Below are positions 7,991 to 17,027 of a DNA stretch of 26,677 nt, piece after piece; within the stretch, counting starts at the first letter, position 1, and each line of letters opens with the position of its first letter. Source of the DNA: a virus (lineage: Duplodnaviria > Caudoviricetes); the IMG/VR virus record IMGVR_UViG_3300032330_000702, positions 1 through 26,677 of that record, one strand, 5' to 3'. The notes under the pieces were generated by a model. It was not told where the DNA came from. It did no database searches and saw only the letters and a list, made by a program, of their open reading frames with translations. The position numbers and the translations under genes were made by a program.

Positions 7991-8347
7991 TTATGCTACT
8001 GTAATTGTAGGCGCATAGCCTATTAATCCAACGTTTACCGCAGGAGGGTCTATACTATCTAGAGAAGGAGCTCTACCAACTATATTTAATGTTGCTGTTG
8101 GCACTAAAATCGTGTTAGATAATACAATTTTTAATGTGCCTCCGTCATTCCATACAGTTCCTGGCCTTAAATTTACCGGACTTGTAGGTAATGCTAACAA
8201 TGTTAACTGATCTATTACGATAGGCGTCGTAGATCCTACTTGTTTTAAATATGTATTAAGGGCTCGTATTAACTGATTAACATACTCAGCATTATATTCG
8301 GTCGGAGCTAACGGCAGTACCGGCGGGGCAAATAGTTGTAATGCCAT
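7991..8347 (-). CDS. Small virion structural protein (tail needle/plug-like position)
   Basis: 118 aa downstream of the hub gene: N-terminal LPLAPTEY..EYVNQLIRAL helix, LPTS...GTVWNDGGTLKIV motif and two C-terminal GxAP repeats. Confidence 0.55.
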   Translation of the reverse strand: MALQLFAPPVLPLAPTEYNAEYVNQLIRALNTYLKQVGSTTPIVIDQLTLLALPTSPVNLRPGTVWNDGGTLKIVLSNTILVPTATLNIVGRAPSLDSIDPPAVNVGLIGYAPTITVA

Positions 8348-8349
8348 TT

Positions 8350-10290
8350 TTAGCTTCTTAGTCCATCAGGCCTTGCATCAACACGAGGCATACCAAGTTG
8401 CCATTGGGTACCTACATCATTAGAACTAATTTTAAAATTCATTTGACGTCCACGCGCTCTGATAAATACTTGATTTGTATACTGATCTATTGTAGCTGTC
8501 GAAGTTACAATATCTTGTGCTGTAGTTTGACCTTCAGAATTTGTAGTCGACGATGCGGCACCTGGGAAATTACGAACTCCTACAGTCATAGTTACTTGAG
8601 GAACAATCGTAGCTCCCGTCACAGGATTAGTAGTTTCTGATTCATTAAAGTTAACATCAGGAATAATACGGCGTATAAGCATATATTTATCGCCGTCTTC
8701 AATATCTATGTCTGCTGATTGTATATAAGCCGGAATAGGTAATGGCGCAGCCCCCGCTGGTTGTCCATCGTTGTTTCCATATTCATGTAAATAAACATAT
8801 CCATCTTTAGCTGCAACCGGATAATCAATTACACCTGTATCAATCCACGCGGTTCTTTCTAAATTGCCAAAGTACCAAATATTTTCAGCATAATTATAAA
8901 TAACATATCGATCAATTTCATCAGAAGCCGCGGTGCAATAGAACCAAATGACTTCATTAAACTCGGCATTTTGCCCAGCAAAAAATAAAGCTTGCTGTGA
9001 TCTATTAATATTAGTAAATACGTATTGACGGAGCGTACAAGGTAAGGTATCTACGCGACCTGAGTAAGTATAGAATTTATCGTTACCCATCCAGTAGACT
9101 ACATTATTAGCACCGATTACAGTGTTAGCGCCAAATATAGTTGTAGCTGAAGAAACTTCTTGTAAACCAAATACTTCTGACGTACCTAAGAATTGTAATG
9201 AAGACAAAGATACATCAGTCCAAACAAGAATTTCTTGTTTAGTTCTTAATGCTGTTACAATTCTAGATCCTACAGAAAGTCTTAAAAATCCGGCTGTATT
9301 AGTTAAAGTAGGCTGCCAGTTAAGCGGATCAGGGCCAATATCGGGGTCTACATTTGCCCAACGAATAAGTAATGGATCATAAGTTCCTAAGTAATTAGGT
9401 CCTGATGCGGTAGCATCATAGTTAGTACATGCAAAAGCTAATAAGTGTCCACTAGGGGCAAATAAAATTTTACCTACTTGTTGTGGTACAGCAATTGCAC
9501 CTGAGATTGAAGATAATAATACAGCACGGGTATTAAAAGCGCTTGTATATTCCCAATAATAAATGTAGCTATTTTGTACATTAAAAACTAAATCATTATT
9601 AAATTTATCTTGGAATATTAATCGTGCTGGATAATATGTAGGTGTAGTAGACCCAGAACCCCAAGTTCCTCGACTCCAAACACTTGTACCCCAACCGTAT
9701 CCTGCAGTGGTTGTATTGTACCCTACATTAATTTGAAATGCTGCAGTAATAGCTGTACCGCCTTGGCTTGATGTAGTACTTGTAGCAGCGGTAGTTACAG
9801 TAAATGTAAAAGTATTAGAATTTACATATGTTATTTGTTGTTCTGCATTAAACTCAGAAGCAGGTATTCCTGCAATAGGTCCTGTCACACCACTAAAAGT
9901 TACAAAATCTCCTGTAAGGCCCCCATAACCTGCAATAGTAACTGTAATAACTTTGGATCCATTTGTAGTACTTATACAATTATTTGTATCAGGGGATGTA
10001 AATGTAGTTCGTATAGGAGTTATATCATATATACTAGTGCCTACACCTACATACATTTTAGTATTAGTGCCAATACCTAACAAGATATTGCTATCTGTAG
10101 TACTCCAAGAAAAAAGACTTCGAGCTGAGCCATTATATGCAGTTAGATTTTTAGGCTGCCATCCACCCATTTTTTCTGGGAAACCTGAACGGAATCTTAC
10201 CCATTGAATATCATACCAACCGCCTTCTGAAGCGTAATTAGTTTGATCTCGGTTAACTCCTGGTTTAAATATTAGTTTACTTAATGGCAT
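8350..10290 (-). CDS. Tail hub / packaged-DNA stabilisation protein (P22 gp10-like, beta-rich)
   Basis: 646 aa, beta-strand-rich: MPLSKLIFKPGVNR start, LLIRWAN..., EVIWFY, RARGRQMNFKI...WQLG.PRVD..PDG end, plus a Thr-rich inserted domain at ~aa 100-185. Confidence 0.7.
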   Translation of the reverse strand: MPLSKLIFKPGVNRDQTNYASEGGWYDIQWVRFRSGFPEKMGGWQPKNLTAYNGSARSLFSWSTTDSNILLGIGTNTKMYVGVGTSIYDITPIRTTFTSPDTNNCISTTNGSKVITVTIAGYGGLTGDFVTFSGVTGPIAGIPASEFNAEQQITYVNSNTFTFTVTTAATSTTSSQGGTAITAAFQINVGYNTTTAGYGWGTSVWSRGTWGSGSTTPTYYPARLIFQDKFNNDLVFNVQNSYIYYWEYTSAFNTRAVLLSSISGAIAVPQQVGKILFAPSGHLLAFACTNYDATASGPNYLGTYDPLLIRWANVDPDIGPDPLNWQPTLTNTAGFLRLSVGSRIVTALRTKQEILVWTDVSLSSLQFLGTSEVFGLQEVSSATTIFGANTVIGANNVVYWMGNDKFYTYSGRVDTLPCTLRQYVFTNINRSQQALFFAGQNAEFNEVIWFYCTAASDEIDRYVIYNYAENIWYFGNLERTAWIDTGVIDYPVAAKDGYVYLHEYGNNDGQPAGAAPLPIPAYIQSADIDIEDGDKYMLIRRIIPDVNFNESETTNPVTGATIVPQVTMTVGVRNFPGAASSTTNSEGQTTAQDIVTSTATIDQYTNQVFIRARGRQMNFKISSNDVGTQWQLGMPRVDARPDGLRS

Positions 10291-10739
10291 TATTTACCTT
10301 CAAAAAGTGCGCGTTCGTCCAATCTACGAGTTTGTAGACCTTTGAGTATTTTACCACCTGCGCGACAATATTTCACTAACGATTCCATAGCCGCCTTTTT
10401 ATCATTGCGAAGAAGCGCTTGACGGAGTGTTGATCTTTGAAATGTACCCAAACCAAGATTAAAGGCAAAAGATACCAAGCAATCAAATTCGCATTGTCTA
10501 AGAGGCACGTTAGGTAACATCTTAGATATTCCCAACTCGAAGCGACGTAAGTCTGATTTAAGAAGTCCATCTATTTCTTCCGTTGTAAAAGTACGATTAT
10601 AGTCTGTAGGCAAAGATTTGCCATCCCCGATAAGATGACCAACACCAACAGTCCAAAGGCCAGCAGGACATTTATAGGGCCTATTACGGACACCTTCATG
10701 ATGTTTAATAAGAGCGATGCCAGCTTTTGATACATTCAC
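10290..10739 (-). CDS. Endolysin, phage lysozyme (GH24)
   Basis: GTG start; LIKHHEGVRNRPYKCPAGLWTVGVGH catalytic motif (E-x8-C-x5-T), FDCLVSFAFNLG and GLQTRRLDERALF. Confidence 0.92.
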   Translation of the reverse strand: MNVSKAGIALIKHHEGVRNRPYKCPAGLWTVGVGHLIGDGKSLPTDYNRTFTTEEIDGLLKSDLRRFELGISKMLPNVPLRQCEFDCLVSFAFNLGLGTFQRSTLRQALLRNDKKAAMESLVKYCRAGGKILKGLQTRRLDERALFEGK

Positions 10740-11363
10740 TTAAATAGGCACCCAATGGTTAATATTTCGCAGACTATTAAAATCTACTGTAATGAGAGTA
10801 TTTTGGGGCACTATATCAAATGCTATAGTTATTCTAGGCCTATCTTCTAGTAAACATGTTTTATGCCTATCTTGTCCACTTTTACCTATAATTAAATAAT
10901 TATTTTTATTTTTCACATCAATTTCTTTTTCATACCCTTCAAGCATATATGTAGTTATAGTATCATTCGCATCTACGCAAAAATACCCATGGTACGCATT
11001 ATAATCTTTTCCCCAATGAGCATGCCAAGTTAACATAGTATTAGGGTCAAAATAATTTAACCAGCACTGGATATAATATGGATCCTCTGTATTAACCATG
11101 TTTCTAAACGCAGCTTGTACGGTTTTATATAAATTAAATAACCCAGGCCTAGGATATAAAAATAAATTATATGAACTAAACATAGAAGTAGTAGTAGGAG
11201 CTTCTACACCATTATTATTTTTATAATGTGCATCTAATTTTTTAAATGTATTATTTATATATTGGTTCATATAAATACAAGTATCTTGTAGCTCTTTTAT
11301 ATTTAAATTTGCTTCGTATATATTAATATAATTATGATGGGTATCTACTAGTTTAATATCCAT
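10740..11363 (-). CDS. Putative 2OG-Fe(II) oxygenase-like (double-stranded beta-helix) protein
   Basis: CWLNY...WHAH...YHGYF...RHKT...PRITIAFD (HxH...H...R pattern); AT-rich. Confidence 0.6.
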   Translation of the reverse strand: MDIKLVDTHHNYINIYEANLNIKELQDTCIYMNQYINNTFKKLDAHYKNNNGVEAPTTTSMFSSYNLFLYPRPGLFNLYKTVQAAFRNMVNTEDPYYIQCWLNYFDPNTMLTWHAHWGKDYNAYHGYFCVDANDTITTYMLEGYEKEIDVKNKNNYLIIGKSGQDRHKTCLLEDRPRITIAFDIVPQNTLITVDFNSLRNINHWVPI

Positions 11364-11849
11364 TTATTTCTTTTCCCAAGTTCTAGCACCAAAGTAAAAT
11401 CCAATAATAGAAGATACAATAGCCATTTCATCATTAGAGAAAATTACATCCATTGCTTCTGCACTAAACCCTGCAGTCTTAACAGCCCATATAAAGCCGC
11501 CAATGTCTACAAATAATAGTAGTGCTACAAAAGTGAAAGCAACAATAGGGCGGACAGAGGCATTAAGAGTTCTAACCCATGGTGCAGCATCATGAACCAA
11601 TTTAGCATCGTGTTCGTATAAAGCTTGACGTTCTTGAGCAAATGTTTCAGCATATGTACCCTCCAAAGCAATTTCAGCTTGTTTTTCTTGTGACTGAAAA
11701 CCCTTTTCAGCCATAGCTAATTGTTGTTGCATTTGCAACTGAGCCATTTCTTTTTCATGTTTTTGATCTCCCTTTTGTTGGAAGAAACCTAATATACTTG
11801 GTAGCCCCGCAGTAGCGAAGCCTAATATAGATGATAGTATGGATAGCAT
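11364..11849 (-). CDS. Holin, 3-TM gene-transfer-agent type
   Basis: Hydrophobic N-terminus, coiled coil, WVRTLNASVRPIVAF + TM segment, and C-terminal IIGFYFGARTWEK. Confidence 0.75.
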   Translation of the reverse strand: MLSILSSILGFATAGLPSILGFFQQKGDQKHEKEMAQLQMQQQLAMAEKGFQSQEKQAEIALEGTYAETFAQERQALYEHDAKLVHDAAPWVRTLNASVRPIVAFTFVALLLFVDIGGFIWAVKTAGFSAEAMDVIFSNDEMAIVSSIIGFYFGARTWEKK

Positions 11850-11850
11850 A

Positions 11851-12246
11851 TTAGTTATTCAATGGATTAACCATTGCCTTTCTTAATTGTTTCATTTCGT
11901 CTTTTACATTAGTTACAGTATCTACAACTTTATCTGCAGTGCCTTTAGCCACACTGTTAGCTTCAATTGCTTTACCGTAAGCTTCATTTGCTTTTTCTAA
12001 TGCACGGTTATTAGACATCATCACATCGACTAACTGACGTTCTACTGATTTAGACCTATCTTCAAGCACGGTGATTCTTGTTTCAACTGTGCTCATTTTT
12101 TTTACTTCCTCAATCGTCGAGGTCAAATCGTTGAAGAGGGTTATCCCGTAATATACTGCGCCACCTATTGGCACTAGCACTGATAAGATAATCCCCAGTA
12201 TCATTTGCGCTGATAAATTCAAGGAGTATGTTTTGTTGTCTTCCAT
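11851..12246 (-). CDS. Membrane-anchored coiled-coil protein
   Basis: One N-terminal TM segment (MILGIILSVLVPIGGAVYYGI), then a heptad pattern ending in NPL. AGGAAG RBS. Overlaps the upstream gene by 137 bp. Confidence 0.7.
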   Translation of the reverse strand: MEDNKTYSLNLSAQMILGIILSVLVPIGGAVYYGITLFNDLTSTIEEVKKMSTVETRITVLEDRSKSVERQLVDVMMSNNRALEKANEAYGKAIEANSVAKGTADKVVDTVTNVKDEMKQLRKAMVNPLNN

Positions 12247-13138
12247 AATCTTCTTCCTGTATTAATTTAATTGATTCTTCTATTTGTGATTGCTGCAGGT
12301 TGTAGCCTGAGTTTAAAAGCTGCATCGACATAACGATGCCAAATCCTGGTACTAAATCTTTACCCTTAGGGGTTTCTGGTGCTTTCTCTATACCCGACAT
12401 CGTCGTAGTACTTGTAACGGGGCTTGGTGCAGACGTCGTTCCAACTACCTCGCTTTTTATAGGTGTTACTGCCAAAGTAGTGTCCAGATTCCCCATCGGT
12501 AGCGCACTTAGATCCTGCACAGTTACAGATTCTGTTTGGGGTACTGGCGCAGTTGTGATTTGTTGACTTATCACACTGTTCGGATTTGTTGGACTGATTG
12601 GACTTATTGGACTCACCGGGTTGTTGATATTCGTCGCCGTCATCGTGCAAGTATCTGACATTGTTGACCAAGCAATCCAAGTTGGCGAACCATATGGATC
12701 CGAGCATATCGAGGTTCTTGACTCTGTTATTAATCCAGTGTAACCAGCTTGGCATGTTACTTGCCTCGTTTCAGTAGAGCTAACACACGTTGGAGGATCT
12801 GGTGTGCAATTGTTAGAAGTTGTTGTCCAAGCTGTCCAACTTTGTGTAGTACAAGTATAAGACCTGCTTTGATTGATGGCACCTGTAAAATGCAAAGGGC
12901 AACCAAGCGTTTGATATTCTGTTTGGTTTGAACAAGCAGGTTGGTAATAATAGCCACATATAGGGTCGCCTGGGTGGTAAGGACACCAGGCTTGAGATAA
13001 CGCGCTTTGATTGTCGATACCATAGCAGACAAGGTTTGTAACGTAGCCTGTACCTTGTTGCGGAACGTAGTTACAATACCAAGCATATGCATTACTCCCT
13101 AGTAGGAGGCAAAGAAGGAATGTTATAATCTTCGCCAT
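12110..13138 (-). CDS. Exported Cys-rich protein with two ~45-50-aa Cys/Trp repeats and a Pro/Thr linker
   Basis: Signal peptide ending AYA. Repeats C..xTE.xxxxC...xTG.IxxSR..xC...W.AW.TxSxxC, followed by SPISPISP and a Thr-rich linker. Confidence 0.75.
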   Translation of the reverse strand: MAKIITFLLCLLLGSNAYAWYCNYVPQQGTGYVTNLVCYGIDNQSALSQAWCPYHPGDPICGYYYQPACSNQTEYQTLGCPLHFTGAINQSRSYTCTTQSWTAWTTTSNNCTPDPPTCVSSTETRQVTCQAGYTGLITESRTSICSDPYGSPTWIAWSTMSDTCTMTATNINNPVSPISPISPTNPNSVISQQITTAPVPQTESVTVQDLSALPMGNLDTTLAVTPIKSEVVGTTSAPSPVTSTTTMSGIEKAPETPKGKDLVPGFGIVMSMQLLNSGYNLQQSQIEESIKLIQEEDYGRQQNILLEFISANDTGDYLISASANRWRSILRDNPLQRFDLDD

Positions 13139-13559
13139 ATAACTTTTTAAACCTCTCTGGGTACTTAGTAAACCAAGCTTTCTTAGCAGCAGTGCCTACA
13201 GCACCACCCATAGGGCAAGGTGAGCCTGACATTTCCATTGCATCCCACACAGTTGGATCTTGACATAACACCGATACTGCAGCTACTTTTAAACCTAAAT
13301 CATTTAATGTTTTTGCTAACTTAATTTTCACGCAGTTTTGATCTAATAAAACTGTACCGCCTGATACGCTAAATAATCCTACATTACCTGCTGCACTTAC
13401 TGGCACTGCACAAACATCTTGTGAAAACGCAGACATACTAGGTGCCATAGCACTAGGCACAGGCATTCCTTTATTTTGGATGACCGTCGTGTCAGCCCAA
13501 GTGTACATGGTGCAACCCATCAAAAATAGGAAGCATAAAGCTAGTAATAATTTTTTCAT
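13092..13559 (-). CDS. Exported protein with four Cys, hypothetical
   Basis: Signal peptide MKKLLLALCFLFLMG...TWA, followed by PSAMAPS...DVC...SGG...DQNC.KIKLAK.L..LGLKVAAVSVLCQD.....AM..SGSPCP. Confidence 0.75.
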   Translation of the reverse strand: MKKLLLALCFLFLMGCTMYTWADTTVIQNKGMPVPSAMAPSMSAFSQDVCAVPVSAAGNVGLFSVSGGTVLLDQNCVKIKLAKTLNDLGLKVAAVSVLCQDPTVWDAMEMSGSPCPMGGAVGTAAKKAWFTKYPERFKKLYGEDYNIPSLPPTRE

Positions 13560-13569
13560 TTTTTAATGT

Positions 13570-14097
13570 TTATCCTATAACTTTGTATTTAGCAGCCAAA
13601 CTTGTTCTCATTTCTTTGCAAAATCTTGTTGGCTCTAAACCAACATGAAGAAGTTTAGAGTTAAATATTACAATTGAATTTGTATGAGGTAATATTGATT
13701 TAATTTGATCATTTTCTTGAAGCATAAAATGGCCTCCCATTATTGGATTATATTCATAAATGCCTGGAAAATAAACTGCTGTTAAATAGTCTCCTTGTGA
13801 GTCTTCTGTAACATCTCTGTGAAAACTTCCACATTGACCATAAGATTGTCCATTTAAATAAAACCTAGTATCCTCTAAGTTTAAATTCATTGTTGACATA
13901 ATTTTTTCTTTAAAGAAATTAATCCAGTAACGGCTATTAATCATATTTTTATACCAAAATACAAAATTACCATTCTCCTTAGCTATTTTTCCTGAACCAC
14001 CTGTTAATTTCCATTCATAATTTTCTGATTCTTTTATAAAAGCTAATCGTTCTTCTTCTTTTAAAAAGTTTTGAATATGCACTAAATCTTTAATCAC
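13570..14097 (-). CDS. 2OG-Fe(II) oxygenase (prolyl-4-hydroxylase-like)
   Basis: HRD...GG...NSIVIFNSKLLH...R.S: HxD...H triad plus the 2OG-binding RxS. Confidence 0.85.
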   Translation of the reverse strand: MIKDLVHIQNFLKEEERLAFIKESENYEWKLTGGSGKIAKENGNFVFWYKNMINSRYWINFFKEKIMSTMNLNLEDTRFYLNGQSYGQCGSFHRDVTEDSQGDYLTAVYFPGIYEYNPIMGGHFMLQENDQIKSILPHTNSIVIFNSKLLHVGLEPTRFCKEMRTSLAAKYKVIG

Positions 14098-14110
14098 TAA
14101 ATTTACTCTA

Positions 14111-14704
14111 TTAATGTTTATAGTAATATATAAAATTTGCCAATGTTACTCTATAACTGTCTTTTTCGCAGTGTGTTTTTTCTGCATGATGAGATAAACA
14201 ACCCGGAAATACGACCATTCTATTTTCTTTAAATTCCACTACTTCATTAAAGTCAGGAAACCTTAAATTACCACCTTCTATTTTTCCAATTTCAAACATT
14301 GTTAAACAGGTAAAAACTGATTCATCAGTATGTGGTAAGTATTCGCCACCATCATGGTAATAATTAATTAAAAGACCATCACCAGTACTTCTTCTAATAT
14401 GGCTGAAATGTATACTATGTTTTTCTAATTCATTATATACAGTACTAGAAAATATCTTTCTATATAATGTTAAATCATTCGGTGACTCATTCGGATTATT
14501 ATGAAAATAATCATATACCCATACACTTTTATTATTTTTTAAATACTTATTGTCTCTTTTTGCGGACCCAATTTCTTCAACTGTTAAAGCTTTATTTTGT
14601 AAATATTCAATTTCTTTTTTAATTATTTTAAATTCTTTATCAGTATAAACATCATCTATGATTACATATTCTAATAATTCTTTTTTTATAAATTGAATTT
14701 TCAT
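14111..14704 (-). CDS. 2OG-Fe(II) oxygenase (prolyl-4-hydroxylase-like)
   Basis: YLPHTD...EGGNLRF...NRMVVFPGCLSH...YRVT. Confidence 0.88.
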   Translation of the reverse strand: MKIQFIKKELLEYVIIDDVYTDKEFKIIKKEIEYLQNKALTVEEIGSAKRDNKYLKNNKSVWVYDYFHNNPNESPNDLTLYRKIFSSTVYNELEKHSIHFSHIRRSTGDGLLINYYHDGGEYLPHTDESVFTCLTMFEIGKIEGGNLRFPDFNEVVEFKENRMVVFPGCLSHHAEKTHCEKDSYRVTLANFIYYYKH

Positions 14705-15424
14705 TTAACTAAATCCAAAAGGGCATTTTTTATAAGATCTTCTTTTTGTATATTTCCCCAAAAATGTAGTTTCTGTATAACTTAAAAATTTATCCAAATA
14801 TTCTTTGTCTGAAATTAAATGTTTTTTTAGAACAATTTTTTTCTCCGACATAGGAATTAAATGCATCATCGGTTGTTTAAACGGTATCATAATATTTTGA
14901 TTTGTTTGTTCAAACAATAATTGCATATGAGTTGAATGTTGGTCATTAAAATTCAATGTTCCAGGAGTAAAGACGATATCTTTAATATTATCATTATTCC
15001 AAAATGGATCTATTGCTACAAAATTAATATTTTCTTTTGTTCGTAATTTCCAAGGCGATTCTACTTTTAAATTAATATAATTCATATAAAAATTAACTCT
15101 TTGATTAGAGATATGATGGCTTACTTTTGATAACTTATCTGAAAATTTATAATGATATTCACCATTTTCAATTATTTTTATAGCCAAATCACTCCATAAT
15201 GGAATAATTAATCCATTTTTATAATGATCTATTAAACCTGTACAGGTTTTCATAGTTGCTTCACGAGCCATTTTATCAAAATTAAATTTAGTATATTCTA
15301 AATCTTTCCACCATTTTGGATAAAATTTATATGCATATTCTATTGGTGCTTCATTATATGCATGAGAAAAGTTTTCAGAACAAAATGCATCAACTACTAA
15401 TTCTTTTCTTTTTATAAAAAACAT
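14705..15424 (-). CDS. Hypothetical protein (possibly dUTPase-like beta fold)
   Basis: 239 aa with P.WWK...TMKTC.G..D....G.IIPLWSD...LK..SPW...PG...P..HLIP and C-terminal CPF. Fold is a guess. Confidence 0.6.
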   Translation of the reverse strand: MFFIKRKELVVDAFCSENFSHAYNEAPIEYAYKFYPKWWKDLEYTKFNFDKMAREATMKTCTGLIDHYKNGLIIPLWSDLAIKIIENGEYHYKFSDKLSKVSHHISNQRVNFYMNYINLKVESPWKLRTKENINFVAIDPFWNNDNIKDIVFTPGTLNFNDQHSTHMQLLFEQTNQNIMIPFKQPMMHLIPMSEKKIVLKKHLISDKEYLDKFLSYTETTFLGKYTKRRSYKKCPFGFS

Positions 15425-15437
15425 ACATCTCTCTTAT

Positions 15438-15677
15438 TTAATTATTTATAATGATGCTTGATGTTTCCTTATCTATTGTCATAAATCCTTCACATGCAAT
15501 ATTCCAATCATCGCTTCCATTTCCATCACTAGAAACCTCATCCTGCATGGGGACATTTATTTTTATATGTTTACAAAGATATTCATTGCCATTTTCAAAT
15601 ACACGCCAAACATGGTCTATTGTTCCACGATTTGGTTGCCCTCTACTTTTGTTAAATCTTATTAAATATTTATTCAT
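15438..15677 (-). CDS. Hypothetical protein
   Basis: 79 aa, TAATG-coupled to the upstream gene; IRFNKSRGQPNRGT.DHVWRVFE...WNIAC.G. Confidence 0.7.
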   Translation of the reverse strand: MNKYLIRFNKSRGQPNRGTIDHVWRVFENGNEYLCKHIKINVPMQDEVSSDGNGSDDWNIACEGFMTIDKETSSIIINN

Positions 15678-15970
15678 TAATTACACATTATGCCATCTTT
15701 AATAGTAAAAATATTACAAAAAACTGTATTATCTTCTAAAGCTTCAATTTCGTGCCATTCACCTGCAAGCAAATTAAAAGCACCTGATTCTTTTGTAGCA
15801 ATAACTTCTTTATTTGCTTTTCTAATAACAATAGAACCATTATGACATATGGTTATATGTGAGTTTGCATGCGAATGTTGTGATAGCCCCTCGCCTTTAT
15901 TTACATGATATACATTATTTACTGTTTGTTCAGAACTAAAAATATGTGCAGGGGGCACATTAATAATCAT
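15677..15970 (-). CDS. Cupin-domain protein
   Basis: GEGLSQHSH...HITIC..G and AGEWHEIEALEDNTVF, matching both cupin motifs. Confidence 0.8.
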   Translation of the reverse strand: MIINVPPAHIFSSEQTVNNVYHVNKGEGLSQHSHANSHITICHNGSIVIRKANKEVIATKESGAFNLLAGEWHEIEALEDNTVFCNIFTIKDGIMCN

Positions 15971-16311
15971 TATATGATAGTAGTTCCATTAGTTACAGGT
16001 TGGTTTCCATTAACATTTCTTGGAGGATTAGTTACTTTAATATGTGAATAGTCTACCTGAGCGGTTAATACAGCCCTTTCTTTTTCAAATGTAGCATTTT
16101 CTTCTTGATATGTTATTTGTTCAAGAGGCGCATTTGAAATAATAAAATCATCTAAAGCTTGACCTGAAGGCACTGCATTATTTTCAATTGGTAAATCTAA
16201 TTTATATATGATACCCTGTGTAAAGATAGGCGTTTTATATGAAACACTAATTCTTCCTATATCTTTTTCTAAATAAACTATATCATAAGTTATGTCTTCT
16301 TTTTTTGCCAT
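15970..16311 (-). CDS. Hypothetical protein, possible tail-fibre assembly chaperone
   Basis: 113 aa immediately downstream of the Gly-rich fibre-tip gene. Function inferred from position only. Confidence 0.5.
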   Translation of the reverse strand: MAKKEDITYDIVYLEKDIGRISVSYKTPIFTQGIIYKLDLPIENNAVPSGQALDDFIISNAPLEQITYQEENATFEKERAVLTAQVDYSHIKVTNPPRNVNGNQPVTNGTTII

Positions 16312-16340
16312 TTTATATTCCTTGAATGTTTGTTAATAAA

Positions 16341-17027
16341 TTAATTGAGTGGTCCATATCTGTTTCCAGTAACAGTCCACGTAATATAAGCATTTCCCAC
16401 AGTGCAAGAACCCGCTCCATAATAAGTAGTACCGACACCTCTGTTACCACCAGGAGATGCGGGATCGACATAACCAAAAGCATTTCCGCCGCCAGCGCCG
16501 CCAAATATAGGACCTCCAGGAGAACCAGGACTTCCATCACCGCAAGCACCGCCACCGCCCGGAGCACCAGCACCAGCATTAATACCAGCACCACCCCCGC
16601 CACCGCCAGCACCAAATGAATGTTCTTGTCCGCAATAACATTGATAGGATCCGCCAGTAGTAGCTCCGCCACCACCGCCACCTTGTACCGTTCCATTGTT
16701 AGTAATAGACGTTGCAAATGCTGTAGATAGGGCTGTTCCACCGGCCTCATTACCATCTCCGCCTTTTCCAGCAATTGTTCCATTGTTAATAATTTTAACA
16801 GTATCGCCAGTAGCAAAACTGCCTACAGTTAATCCAGGAGTTCCCACAGAGGTAGAATATACATTAACGCCTGAATTTATAGTTAAGGTAACATCTGACT
16901 TACCCGCAACATAGGTGCCACCTCTATTCGCATAAATATTATAATTAGCTGTGCTACTAGAAATAGTTAGTGCAATAGTAGCTCTTGAAGGAGCTCCAGT
17001 TAATAAGAAATTTGGCCCGCCAAACAT
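16341..17027 (-). CDS. Gly-rich tail-fibre tip / receptor-binding protein
   Basis: True start is probably the ATG at 17027 (TAATG overlap; MFGGPNFLL). Contains INNGTIAGKGG and NNGTVQGGGGGG polyglycine motifs as in gp38-like adhesins. Confidence 0.7.
   Translation of the reverse strand: MFGGPNFLLTGAPSRATIALTISSSTANYNIYANRGGTYVAGKSDVTLTINSGVNVYSTSVGTPGLTVGSFATGDTVKIINNGTIAGKGGDGNEAGGTALSTAFATSITNNGTVQGGGGGGATTGGSYQCYCGQEHSFGAGGGGGGAGINAGAGAPGGGGACGDGSPGSPGGPIFGGAGGGNAFGYVDPASPGGNRGVGTTYYGAGSCTVGNAYITWTVTGNRYGPLN

Noticed and set aside
12366-13092. Alternative-frame ORFs inside the Cys-rich gene, considered as an embedded Rz1-like o-spanin
   Set aside because: No lipoprotein signal peptide or lipobox is evident at their N-termini.
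16313-16816. 167-aa minus-strand alternative-frame ORF overlapping the Gly-rich tip gene
   Set aside because: Its Val/Leu/Ala-rich sequence is the expected frame-shift shadow of GGN/GCN codons, and no clear RBS is present.
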